From Patescibacteria group bacterium (lineage in GTDB: Bacteria > Patescibacteriota > Minisyncoccia > 2-02-FULL-40-12 > IGHO2-01-FULL-4-A): a stretch of DNA of 64,000 nucleotides. Position numbers and translations under genes: made by a program. Under the pieces are notes generated by a model. It did not search any database, was not told the DNA's origin, and saw only the letters and a list, made by a program, of their open reading frames with translations. The stretch lies in the NCBI GenBank assembly GCA_038064915.1, contig JBBTSB010000005.1, forward strand, positions 10,615-74,614, in the 5' to 3' direction. Positions 35,912 through 45,568 of the stretch are shown piece after piece; position 1 is the first letter of the stretch, and every line of letters begins with the position of its first letter.

Positions 35912-36950
35912 GTTTGATTTGGGTTGTTATCTTTTCACCTCCACGAAGGACATATAGCGTCAGCTTGTCTCCAACCTTGGCGGCCTCCACGACATCGGCG
36001 AGTTCATTTTTTTCGGTGAGCTGGATGCCGTTGATTTCCAGGACGATGTCATTTTCCTTGAGACCACCCTTGTCGGCAGGGGAGTCTTTGACAACAGCTT
36101 CAGAGCCCGGCAGGTGGTCTTTGATAACCAGCGCACCATAATCCACGGTCAGATTATACTTTTCTTGGAGCTCTTTGTTTAGCATGATGTAGCGCAAGCC
36201 GATGTATGGGCGAATTATGCGGCCGTACTTGGCAAGTTCTTCTAGGTCGGTTTTTGCCCAGTTGATGGGAAGTGCAAAGCCGATGTTTTGGGCCCCAAAA
36301 ATAATGGCCGTATTGATACCGATGACCTCGCCGTCAAGATTTACAAGCGGCCCGCCAGAATTACCCTGGTTTATGGCAACATCGGTCTGGATGACGTGGC
36401 GAAGGTTTTCAATCATGCCCCCTTGGCCCAGCGCCGCGGAAATCTTGCGTCCGAGGCCGGAAATAATGCCCTTGGAAACCGTATTGCTAAAAAGTCCGAG
36501 CGCATTTCCGATGGCGATCGCCGTCTGGCCAAGTTCAACTTTATCTGAGTTGCCCAGTGTGGCAGTTGGTAAATCCTTCGCTTCAATCTTGAGCATTGCC
36601 ACATCATTTATGGGGTCTCGAGTAAGAACTTTAGCCTGATACTCCTTTTCGTCACTCATCACGACGGTGTACTCCGCATCTGTTTCATAAACGACGTGTT
36701 TGTTGGTGAGGATGAGGCCGTCTGGAGAGACCACAAACCCTGAACCTCCACCCACTTTTACCTTTTGTTTTTCGCCACCATCGGGAAGCGGCAGTTCCGT
36801 AAGGGGCAGAGGGAAGTGTTCTACGGGCTTGAATTCCGGCGTCAACGAAAGTTTTTGCACCTGCGGCATCATTTTTGAGATCACAATACTTACGACAGCG
36901 GGAGCGACCTTTTTGACGGTTTGAATTGTTTGTTGTTCGAGTGAATCCAT
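35895..36950 (-). CDS. htrA: HtrA/DegP-family serine protease (trypsin-like S1C plus PDZ)
   Basis: GNSGGPLVNLDGEVIGINTA catalytic Ser context, TNKHVV His context, C-terminal PDZ; start ATG 36950 (MDSLEQQ). Confidence 0.85.
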   Translation of the reverse strand: MDSLEQQTIQTVKKVAPAVVSIVISKMMPQVQKLSLTPEFKPVEHFPLPLTELPLPDGGEKQKVKVGGGSGFVVSPDGLILTNKHVVYETDAEYTVVMSDEKEYQAKVLTRDPINDVAMLKIEAKDLPTATLGNSDKVELGQTAIAIGNALGLFSNTVSKGIISGLGRKISAALGQGGMIENLRHVIQTDVAINQGNSGGPLVNLDGEVIGINTAIIFGAQNIGFALPINWAKTDLEELAKYGRIIRPYIGLRYIMLNKELQEKYNLTVDYGALVIKDHLPGSEAVVKDSPADKGGLKENDIVLEINGIQLTEKNELADVVEAAKVGDKLTLYVLRGGEKITTQIKLEERH

Positions 36951-36965
36951 GGTAAAAATAATAGC

Positions 36966-38462
36966 ATGATCAAGGAGAAGCTCCAACAACTTACTGGCGC
37001 TGAAGTCACCAAACCAAAACCTGAATTTGGGGATTATGCTGTGTTTGTTGGGAAGGAGGCTCAAGCGCTAAGCGAAAAGCTAAAAGCGCAAAGTATTCCA
37101 GAAATCGAAAAAATCGAAGTCAAAGGCCAGTATATTAATTTCTTTTTGAGTTCTGCATACGTTCAGCAACAGCTTTATTCTGATTTTGCTTTTGATCCGT
37201 ATCTGAAAGACAAGACAATCATAGTCGAGTACACGGACCCTAATCCCTTTAAGTTGTTTCACATTGGACATCTCATGAGCAACGCAATAGGCGAGTCAAT
37301 CGCGCGACTCTACGAAGCAAGTGGAGCGAAGGTGATACGGGTAACTTGGCAAGGAGACGTGGGCATGCATATCGCAAAAGCGGTGTGGGCTGATGGTGAC
37401 TATGCTGCAGGCGCAAAGGCGTTTGATGAAGATCCCAAAGCAAAGCAAGAAATCGAAGCAATCAACAAAAAAATCTATGATCGCAGCGATTTGGAGATCA
37501 ATAAGCGCTATGATGAGGGGCGCAAAGCGAGTCTAGAGTATTTTGAAAAGGAGTACGAGCGCCTGGGATCAAAGTTTGATCGGTATTTCTTTGAGAGCGA
37601 GGAGGGACCGAAAGGCCTAGCGTTGGTGAAGGCTCATCCGGAGGTTTTCGTGCCAAGCGAGGGCGCAATTGTCTTTCATGGAGAGCACACGAGAGTATTT
37701 GTGAATTCACAAGGCCTGCCGACGTATGAAGCCAAAGAGCTGGGTTTAAATCAGGAAAAGTTCAAGCTTTATCATCCCGACCTCTCTGTCATCGTCACGG
37801 GTAATGAGATCAAGGAGTATTTTCATGTGCTCATGGAGGCCATGAAACTTGTCATGCCTGACGTTGCGGAAAAAACTCGCCATGTTCCGCATGGCATGCT
37901 GCGTCTTCCGACCGGTAAGATGTCATCGCGCACGGGCGATGTGATCACCGCCGATGAACTCATTGAAGAAGTAAGGGAAAAAACAAAATCAGAAGAAGTA
38001 GCTACTGGCGCGATCAAGTACGCCATTCTCAAGCAGGGGATAGGTAATGATATTATCTTTGATCGGGAAAAATCCATAGCCGTGCACGGTGATACAGGCG
38101 TGTATTTGCAGTATACGTATGCCCGATTGATCAGTATACTGACCAAATCGGGAATTTCCAATTTCCAATTTCCAATTTCCAATGAATTTCTCAATGAAAA
38201 AAATGAACTAAACATCATTAAACATTTGATAGAGTTTCCTGATGCCGTCCGTGAAGCCACGGAGCGCATTGCACCCAATATCATGGCGCTCTACTGCTAC
38301 GAGCTGGCCAATCTCGCAAATCGATACTACGAAGAAGTGAGGATTCTTGATGATATCAATGAAGATAGAAAACAGGCACGGTTAGTGCTGGTAAGAACAG
38401 TTGCTGATATCTTAAAGCGAGGTCTAGGACTTTTAGGAATTGCGGCTCCGGAACGAATATAG
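36966..38462 (+). CDS. argS: Arginine--tRNA ligase (short form)
   Basis: Class I HIGH (NPFKLFHIGHLMSNAIGESIARL), MSSR in place of KMSKS, C-terminal DALR-type anticodon-binding helix bundle. Confidence 0.7.
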   Translation: MIKEKLQQLTGAEVTKPKPEFGDYAVFVGKEAQALSEKLKAQSIPEIEKIEVKGQYINFFLSSAYVQQQLYSDFAFDPYLKDKTIIVEYTDPNPFKLFHIGHLMSNAIGESIARLYEASGAKVIRVTWQGDVGMHIAKAVWADGDYAAGAKAFDEDPKAKQEIEAINKKIYDRSDLEINKRYDEGRKASLEYFEKEYERLGSKFDRYFFESEEGPKGLALVKAHPEVFVPSEGAIVFHGEHTRVFVNSQGLPTYEAKELGLNQEKFKLYHPDLSVIVTGNEIKEYFHVLMEAMKLVMPDVAEKTRHVPHGMLRLPTGKMSSRTGDVITADELIEEVREKTKSEEVATGAIKYAILKQGIGNDIIFDREKSIAVHGDTGVYLQYTYARLISILTKSGISNFQFPISNEFLNEKNELNIIKHLIEFPDAVREATERIAPNIMALYCYELANLANRYYEEVRILDDINEDRKQARLVLVRTVADILKRGLGLLGIAAPERI

Positions 38463-38813
38463 TGCTCCCACCACTCCTCCCAGCGTGTCCATGAGTAGGT
38501 CTTTCATGGTGTCGTCAAGATCGCCCTGGAGAGACACGGGGAGAATTTGGCCCAGTACGTACTCATGAAATTCCCACAATACGCCAACTCCTATCGTCAT
38601 CCCGAGAACACAAAAGAAACGGAGCAGTTGTGAAAGTTTGCCAAATTGGGTAGCATAATAGGATGCCACAAGGAGAGCTATACCCAGGCCCCCGATAAAG
38701 TGGAAATACGTATTGCCAATTTCGATATACCATGTTCCGCCCCACCAACCTCCGGTATAGCCGAGCAAAAAGAGAACAACAAGACCAAAAAAAATAACGC
38801 GTGTTTGTCGCAT
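38433..38813 (-). CDS. Hypothetical small membrane protein
   Basis: Three or four TM helices; start at MRQTRVIFF. Confidence 0.45.
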   Translation of the reverse strand: MRQTRVIFFGLVVLFLLGYTGGWWGGTWYIEIGNTYFHFIGGLGIALLVASYYATQFGKLSQLLRFFCVLGMTIGVGVLWEFHEYVLGQILPVSLQGDLDDTMKDLLMDTLGGVVGALYSFRSRNS

Positions 38814-41800
38814 GGATATCAGTATAACAAAAATAGAAGAAAAAATCCTCAAATTCTGGAATGACCGGGAGATTTTCAGGCGCTCACTGGAGGCGCGTCT
38901 GGGCAAAAAGCGTTTTGTCTTTTTTGAAGGACCTCCCACCGCCAATGGACGGCCCGGGATACATCACGTTATGGGGCGTGCATTCAAGGATCTCTGGCCT
39001 AGATACAAGACCATGCGTGGATACTACGTAGAGCGCAAGGCAGGCTGGGATACGCATGGCTTGCCGGTGGAAATCGAAGTGGAAAAGGAGCTGAGCTTTA
39101 CCAATAAAAAAGAAATTGAAAAATACGGCATTGCAAAATTTAATGCCAAAGCCAAAAAAAGTGTTTGGAAGTACAAAGACGAGTGGCAAAAGCTCACGCA
39201 TCGGGTTGGATTTTGGTTGGACCTTGAGCACCCCTACATCACGTACGAACCGCAGTATATAGAGAGCCTATGGTGGGTGATAGCCCAGATCGACAAGAAA
39301 AAACTTCTCTATGAAGGTCACAAAGTTTTGCCCTGGTGTCCGCGATGCGGAACGGCGCTTTCAAGTCATGAGGTAGCGCAAGGATACAAGGACGTGACCG
39401 AAGATTCTGTTTACGTAAAGCTCAAAACCAGCAAGGGTGAGCTACTTGCCTGGACCACGACCCCCTGGACGTTGCCAGGCAACGTGGCATTGGCAGTTGG
39501 GGAGGATATTGACTACGTAAAAACAAAAGAAGGATACATTTTGGCAAAATCTCTCGTCGAAGCGGTATTGGGCAAAGCAGATATTGTAGAGGAGTTCAAA
39601 GGGAGTGAACTTGTCGGGCTCAAGTATCAGCCTTTGTTTGAGGTAAAAGCATTGCAAAATAAAAAATCGCATACGGTCTATGGGGCAGACTTTGTGACGA
39701 CCACCGACGGTACTGGCATCGTGCATACGGCAGTCATGTATGGTGAAGATGACTACGAACTGGGGAAAAAACTGGGTTTGCCCATGCACCACACGGTGGC
39801 TCCTGATGGGACGTTTACGAAGGATGTTAAAGAATTTGCGGGACGCAATGTCAAAGAAGCCGAACCAGATATTTTGAAGTATCTGGAAGCTAAAAGCTAT
39901 AAGCTAAAAGCTATAAGCTATGCCCATAGCTATCCACATTGTTGGCGGTGCAAGACTCCACTCATCTACTATGCCAAAGATTCCTGGTTTGTGGGAATGT
40001 CCAAGCTCCGCAAACAGCTTTTAAAAAATAACTCCAAAGTAAACTGGTATCCCGAGCACCTCAAAGAGGGGAGATTTGGGGAATTCCTCAAAGAGGTCAA
40101 AGACTGGGCGTTTTCTCGTGAGCGCTACTGGGGCACACCGCTTCCCATATGGAAATGTAAAGAGGGCCATCAGCGCGTGGTTGGATCATTTGCAGAACTC
40201 GAAGCGTTTCGATACGCGCCACCAACAACATTTCTGTTGGTGCGTCATGGAGAAAGTACAAGAAATGTTCCTGGCGGAGAGACACTCATTGCGTACAAAT
40301 TGGAAAGCGATACTGTTCCACTGACTGAAACGGGAAAGCAACAAATGGAAACTCTTGCGCAGAAGCTGTCGGAGAGCAAAGAAGTGGATTTGATCTACTC
40401 TTCACCATTCCAGCGGACAAAGCAATCGGCCGACATTATTGCAAAAAAACTCGGGAAAAAAGTTTTCGTTGATGAAGGCTTGAAAGAGTATGATCATGAG
40501 CATGAGGATTATGCAACACTCCGGGCGCGGATGATCGTTTGTCTGCGGAACCTTGAACGTGAATATCCCGGCAAAAAAATTCTTGTGATGAGTCATGCTG
40601 ATCCCATCATGGTGTTAAATGATTGGACATTGCCGGAGGTCGGGGAAATGCGTGAGTTTACGCTTAATAACTATCCCTATAACAAATCCGGTGAGCTTGA
40701 TCCGCACAGGCCATATATCGACGAGATTGCACTTAAATGCGATCAATGTGGGAATAAAATGCACCGCGTCAAAGAAGTCGTCGATGTATGGTTTGATTCG
40801 GGTGCGATGCCATACGCGCAGTATCACTATCCGTTCGAGAACCAAGATCAGTTTGATGCGCAGTTTCCCGCTGACTTTATTTCCGAGGCCATTGATCAAA
40901 CCCGCGGGTGGTTTTATACACTACTTGCCGTCAGCACACTCTTGGGCAAAAAGGCTCCGTACAAAAACGTCGTCTGCTACAGCCATGTTCTTGATGAGAA
41001 GGGTAAGAAAATGTCCAAAAGCATCGGCAATGTGGTCAATCCCTGGGATGTCATTGAGAAACATGGCGTAGATGCGACGCGCTGGTATTTTTATAGTGTG
41101 AACAATCCCGGCGATCCAAAGCTCTTTGCCCTTGAAGATGTAGGCAAGGTTCAGCGGGGGTTTATCACAACGCTCATGAACTGCCTTCGCTTTTATGATC
41201 TATATGCACTATCCACTAATCACTCTCCACTGAATCCAAAGCCCACGGAGCCCCTCGATGACTGGATCTTGTCGCGTCTGCATCGGCTGATTGCATTTGT
41301 AACGGAATCTCTGGACACCCTTGATCCAACTGCCGCATCGCGTGCGATAGAAAATTTCGTTGTCAATGATCTCTCAAATTGGTGGATCAGGAGATCGCGC
41401 GGCAGAGATGATATGGTAGAAATGTTGAGGTATACGCTTACTGAAACAAGCAAGCTCCTCGCACCGTTCATTCCTTTTACTGCAGACCATATCTACAAGC
41501 AGGTGAGCAATCGCAGTGAATCCGTGCATTTGGAGGATTGGCCAAAAGCGAAAAGCAAATACATAAAACCAGAATTAGAGGAAGAGATGAAAAAAGCTAG
41601 AGAAATTGTCGCACTTGGTCTTGCCGAACGAAAAAAAGCCGGAATCAAAGTTCGTCAACCGTTGGCCTCTCTCAATTCACAATGGGCCGTCGGTGTTGTT
41701 ACGCAAAAATATATTTTAGATGAAGTCAACGTAAAACTAGTTCTCTTTGCTCCGAGCCAAGCAGTACCCGTTACTATAGACACCCATATCACCGAAGCGC

Positions 41801-42036
41801 TCAAGATCGAAGGCTACGCGCGCGAAATCTCCCGTGCTATCCAGGATATGCGCAAAGACGCCGGCTACCAGATGGGGGATAAGGTGAGTGTGTTTTGGGA
41901 ATCCTCAAGCCCACAAGCAAAAGAAGCCATAGCGATGGTCAAAGACATAGAGTCCAAGAGCGGCGATACCTTTGATATTTCAAAAGAATTTGAGTTGGGA
42001 CCCAACATAAAAGTATGGCTCGGTATCAAGCGATAG
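38812..42036 (+). CDS. ileS: Isoleucine--tRNA ligase (type 2) with an inserted histidine-phosphatase domain
   Basis: FFEGPPTANGRPGIHHV (type-2 HIGH), CP1 editing region, KMSKSIGN; residues ~465-610 (FLLVRHGES...IYSSPFQRTKQSA...SHADPIMVL) form a PGAM-like HP fold domain. Confidence 0.88.
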   Translation: MDISITKIEEKILKFWNDREIFRRSLEARLGKKRFVFFEGPPTANGRPGIHHVMGRAFKDLWPRYKTMRGYYVERKAGWDTHGLPVEIEVEKELSFTNKKEIEKYGIAKFNAKAKKSVWKYKDEWQKLTHRVGFWLDLEHPYITYEPQYIESLWWVIAQIDKKKLLYEGHKVLPWCPRCGTALSSHEVAQGYKDVTEDSVYVKLKTSKGELLAWTTTPWTLPGNVALAVGEDIDYVKTKEGYILAKSLVEAVLGKADIVEEFKGSELVGLKYQPLFEVKALQNKKSHTVYGADFVTTTDGTGIVHTAVMYGEDDYELGKKLGLPMHHTVAPDGTFTKDVKEFAGRNVKEAEPDILKYLEAKSYKLKAISYAHSYPHCWRCKTPLIYYAKDSWFVGMSKLRKQLLKNNSKVNWYPEHLKEGRFGEFLKEVKDWAFSRERYWGTPLPIWKCKEGHQRVVGSFAELEAFRYAPPTTFLLVRHGESTRNVPGGETLIAYKLESDTVPLTETGKQQMETLAQKLSESKEVDLIYSSPFQRTKQSADIIAKKLGKKVFVDEGLKEYDHEHEDYATLRARMIVCLRNLEREYPGKKILVMSHADPIMVLNDWTLPEVGEMREFTLNNYPYNKSGELDPHRPYIDEIALKCDQCGNKMHRVKEVVDVWFDSGAMPYAQYHYPFENQDQFDAQFPADFISEAIDQTRGWFYTLLAVSTLLGKKAPYKNVVCYSHVLDEKGKKMSKSIGNVVNPWDVIEKHGVDATRWYFYSVNNPGDPKLFALEDVGKVQRGFITTLMNCLRFYDLYALSTNHSPLNPKPTEPLDDWILSRLHRLIAFVTESLDTLDPTAASRAIENFVVNDLSNWWIRRSRGRDDMVEMLRYTLTETSKLLAPFIPFTADHIYKQVSNRSESVHLEDWPKAKSKYIKPELEEEMKKAREIVALGLAERKKAGIKVRQPLASLNSQWAVGVVTQKYILDEVNVKLVLFAPSQAVPVTIDTHITEALKIEGYAREISRAIQDMRKDAGYQMGDKVSVFWESSSPQAKEAIAMVKDIESKSGDTFDISKEFELGPNIKVWLGIKR

Positions 42037-42506
42037 TTCTCAAAAAACAACCCATCCGCGAACATGATGAGCTCATCATGTGCTATACACAGCATGCGGG
42101 GAAGCAGAGGTATGTGGCGAAAAGCTCACAACTGGCAAGCTCCTTACAGGGAAGTCACTTGGATGTGCTCAACCATATCTCGTTTAACCTCGTTGCGGGC
42201 AAGCATTTTGATATTCTCGCAAGCGCGCAGGCGGTGAATACGTTTCCGGAGCTGAAGTCATCGCTTTCGGCACTTGCCAACACTTTTTTTATCTTAGAAT
42301 GCTTTGATAAACTGGTGTATGACAACGAACCCGATGAGAAACTCTGGCAATTTCTCTTGGATCGTCTTGGCGATCCCGTCACCGAGCAGGAAATCATCGC
42401 TATCATGGGTCACCATGCGCCCACTCGCTTTTCTGAACTCACGCGTGCTAGAATAGTTCCATGGATCCCGTTAGAAGTCGCCCCAACGGGTAAATATCCA
42501 CGATGA
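42015..42506 (+). CDS. recO: DNA repair protein RecO (short form)
   Basis: N-terminal OB-fold pattern A.VL...P..E.D.I...T...G....AKS......L.G.L resembles RecO; 163 aa. Confidence 0.55.
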   Translation: MARYQAIVLKKQPIREHDELIMCYTQHAGKQRYVAKSSQLASSLQGSHLDVLNHISFNLVAGKHFDILASAQAVNTFPELKSSLSALANTFFILECFDKLVYDNEPDEKLWQFLLDRLGDPVTEQEIIAIMGHHAPTRFSELTRARIVPWIPLEVAPTGKYPR

Positions 42507-42515
42507 AACGTAATT

Positions 42516-44291
42516 ATGAATCCTACGACTTCTAACGGGATGGAAGATTTCAAGATAGAGTCTCTCTCACCGGCAGACGAAGGAAAACCATTGCGTTTGC
42601 CTCAATTTTCTACGGCGCTCAAAGTCGTTGCACTTGCTGTTGCCGTCCTGCTCATTGGCGGAGGTTCACTCTATGTATTTGGCAGGTCTCAGTTCAGCGA
42701 ACAGAAGATTGAATTTACCGTTAGCGGCCCTGATGAAGTTGCCGCGGGAGACGAAGCCGTGTTTGTAGTTCGCTATGAAAACACCAACCGTGCAGCCATA
42801 GAGAACGTAAGGCTGGTTTTTTCCTATCCTGTCGAATCTCTTCCGCTTCATGATGGGGCGCCCGTCCATATTACCCAAGAGGAACTGAATATCGGTACCA
42901 TCCCCGCGCACGAGAAAGGGGAGCGGCAGTTCCAAGCCATCATTGTTGGCCATCAGGGGAACGTGAAAACTGCTCGAGCAGTGTTGGGTTTTTCTCCTGA
43001 GCATCTCACCACGCAACTGCAGGTCTCCGCGGAAGCCACTACTACCATAACTACCATGCCGGTGGAGCTCAATATTGTTGCTCCCCCCACAGTATTGAGC
43101 GGCCAAACCGTAACCTATACCATTGACTATAAAAACCAAACACCAGAAACGCTTCGGAACCTAGAATTGCATGTGCGATTTCCGGATGGATTTACTGCTA
43201 CCAAGCCCAAGACGACCTGGGAGATACCGACTCTTGAGGCGGGGGAGAGCTCACGCATTACAGTCACCGGCACTATTATAGGAAACGAGCGAGAAGTAAA
43301 AACTATCTTCATTGCACTCCAAAAGGAGGTGGTGACATCGACGAGCCGTTTTGTCATTGAATTTGAAAAAGCCGATGCCTCTTCCGTGATATCCACGCCC
43401 CTGCTTTCGGCGGCGATCGGTATCAAAGGATCGCGTGAGTACACGGCTCATACGGGCGATACCCTCTCCTATACGACGACCATCACCAACACGACCGATG
43501 TTGATCTCACCAGTCTGGTGCTGACTGTCCGTCTTGATGGATCTATGTATGATATGAGCACTATTGATGGGTACGGAGGATCATTTGACGGAAGATTGAA
43601 GACGATCACCTGGAATTCATCGGTGGTTCCTGAACTTGGATTTCTCCGCGCTCACCAGAGTGTCACCGTGCTTTTTAGTGTAACGTTGAAAAACAGCTTT
43701 CCTAGTACGCTCCAGGTAAAAGACTCGTTCATCAAAGCTTCCGCGCATGTGGAAACGGTCAATGTTCCCGAATCCCTTCCTGTTGATAGTTTGAGTGCCG
43801 CAGATGAGCTCATCACGAGGATCACTACTTCACCTTCTTTTTCCCAGAGCCTGATCGTCGACGACACGCAGTTTGGGGCGTCAACACCGTACCCACCCAA
43901 AGTAGACCAGACCACAACCTTTACCGTGAAGTGGAGCGTGGCCAACCCTTCTAATGGTCTTACGCCCGCGAAGGTTACAGGAATTTTGCTCCCTGGGGTG
44001 ACGTGGAAGGGAATGTATCGTGTGGCCGGGGGGACCCAGGCACAGCCGGTGTATGACAGTAAAACCAGTACCATCACATGGAACCTCAATACGGTTCCTC
44101 CTGGCACAGGTATTGCGTCGCCGCCCTATGAACTCTTTTTCCAGGTTTCAATCACTCCTTCCGTGAATGAGGCACGGCAAACTCCAACGCTGGTAAGCGG
44201 TGCTCGTTTTGAAGGTACGGACGTCCTTACGCAAGAGGAGATTGTATTGACTCAGCGAGATTTGACTACACAATCTGCCGTACAACCATAA
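42516..44291 (+). CDS. Membrane-anchored protein with repeated DUF11/Ig-like domains
   Basis: N-terminal TM VVALAVAVLLIGGGSLYVF, then repeated ~100-aa beta-rich segments with a T.T....N.G motif. Confidence 0.55.
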   Translation: MNPTTSNGMEDFKIESLSPADEGKPLRLPQFSTALKVVALAVAVLLIGGGSLYVFGRSQFSEQKIEFTVSGPDEVAAGDEAVFVVRYENTNRAAIENVRLVFSYPVESLPLHDGAPVHITQEELNIGTIPAHEKGERQFQAIIVGHQGNVKTARAVLGFSPEHLTTQLQVSAEATTTITTMPVELNIVAPPTVLSGQTVTYTIDYKNQTPETLRNLELHVRFPDGFTATKPKTTWEIPTLEAGESSRITVTGTIIGNEREVKTIFIALQKEVVTSTSRFVIEFEKADASSVISTPLLSAAIGIKGSREYTAHTGDTLSYTTTITNTTDVDLTSLVLTVRLDGSMYDMSTIDGYGGSFDGRLKTITWNSSVVPELGFLRAHQSVTVLFSVTLKNSFPSTLQVKDSFIKASAHVETVNVPESLPVDSLSAADELITRITTSPSFSQSLIVDDTQFGASTPYPPKVDQTTTFTVKWSVANPSNGLTPAKVTGILLPGVTWKGMYRVAGGTQAQPVYDSKTSTITWNLNTVPPGTGIASPPYELFFQVSITPSVNEARQTPTLVSGARFEGTDVLTQEEIVLTQRDLTTQSAVQP

Positions 44292-44293
44292 TC

Positions 44294-45568
44294 ATGAAAC
44301 ATGAAACACAAAACATGGAGAAAATAGTATCGTTGTGCAAACGCCGTGGATTTATTTTCCAAGGTAGTGAAATCTACGGTGGTTTTGCCAATAGCTGGGA
44401 CTACGGACCATTGGGAGTACAGCTCAAGCGCAACATTGAGGCCGAATGGTGGAAGATGTTTGTGGAGCGTAGAAATGACATGTACGGCATTGACCCGGCC
44501 ATCATCATGAATCCCAAAGTGTGGGAAGCAAGCGGCCATGTGGCGGAGTTTTCCGATCCGCTCGTGGAGTGTAAAAAATGTCACAGCCGGTACCGTGGTG
44601 ATCAAATTGAAGAGGTTTGCCCCAACTGCGGCGGCAAAGAATTTTCTGAAGCTAAGCAATTTAATTTGCTGTTTAAGACCTTCATCGGTCCTACCGAAGG
44701 CACATCGACGACCGCTTATTTGAGGGGAGAGCTGGCGCAGGCGATGTTTGTAAACTACCTCAACGTCATGCAGACAATGCGACCGGACTTGCCCTTCGGT
44801 ATAGCGGCACAGGGGAAGGTGTTTCGCAACGAAATTACACCGGGTAACTTTATCTTCCGCACTCGGGAGTTTAGTCTGATGGAGTTTGAGTATTTTGTAA
44901 GAGCCGAGGAATGGGAGAAGTGGTTTGCGTATTGGAGAGCCGAAATGCAAACGTGGCTCAAACACCTGGGCGTCAACTTGGATCACATCCATGAAGTGGA
45001 AATTCCAGACGGCGAGCGCGCACACTACAGCAAGCGCACGATAGACTTTGAATATGACTATCCGTTTGGGCAAAAGGAACTCTATGGACTCGCATATCGG
45101 ACGGACTATGATTTGAAACGCCATCAAGAAAAGAGTGGCCAAAACTTCGGCGAAATCCCGCATGTAATAGAGCCGACATTTGGTATAGACCGCTCGCTCC
45201 TCGTCGCGATGCTGGAAGCGTATCACGAAGAGGAAGTTGAAGGAGAGATAAGAGTTGTATTGCGATTTCCCAAGTGGATGGCTCCCGTGCAAGTAGCTGT
45301 CTTGCCGTTGTCTAAAAAAGAGGAACTTATGAAACCCGCTAAAGAAATCCTTGCGTCGTTGGCTACTCATTTTCGCGTCGAATATGACGAGACCCAATCC
45401 ATCGGCAAACGCTACCGGCGCCAAGATGAAATTGGCACGCCGTTTTGCGTCACCATCGATTTTGAAACGCTCAATGACAACGCGGTAACCGTACGTGACC
45501 GAGACACCATGAAACAGCAGCGGATAGCTATTGCGGAACTGGCTGAGTATGTTAAGAACAATCTATGA
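44294..45568 (+). CDS. glyQS: Glycine--tRNA ligase (dimeric GlyQS type)
   Basis: Class II motifs FRNEITPGNFIFRTREF..MEFEYF and GIDR; C-terminal anticodon-binding domain. Confidence 0.88.
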   Translation: MKHETQNMEKIVSLCKRRGFIFQGSEIYGGFANSWDYGPLGVQLKRNIEAEWWKMFVERRNDMYGIDPAIIMNPKVWEASGHVAEFSDPLVECKKCHSRYRGDQIEEVCPNCGGKEFSEAKQFNLLFKTFIGPTEGTSTTAYLRGELAQAMFVNYLNVMQTMRPDLPFGIAAQGKVFRNEITPGNFIFRTREFSLMEFEYFVRAEEWEKWFAYWRAEMQTWLKHLGVNLDHIHEVEIPDGERAHYSKRTIDFEYDYPFGQKELYGLAYRTDYDLKRHQEKSGQNFGEIPHVIEPTFGIDRSLLVAMLEAYHEEEVEGEIRVVLRFPKWMAPVQVAVLPLSKKEELMKPAKEILASLATHFRVEYDETQSIGKRYRRQDEIGTPFCVTIDFETLNDNAVTVRDRDTMKQQRIAIAELAEYVKNNL

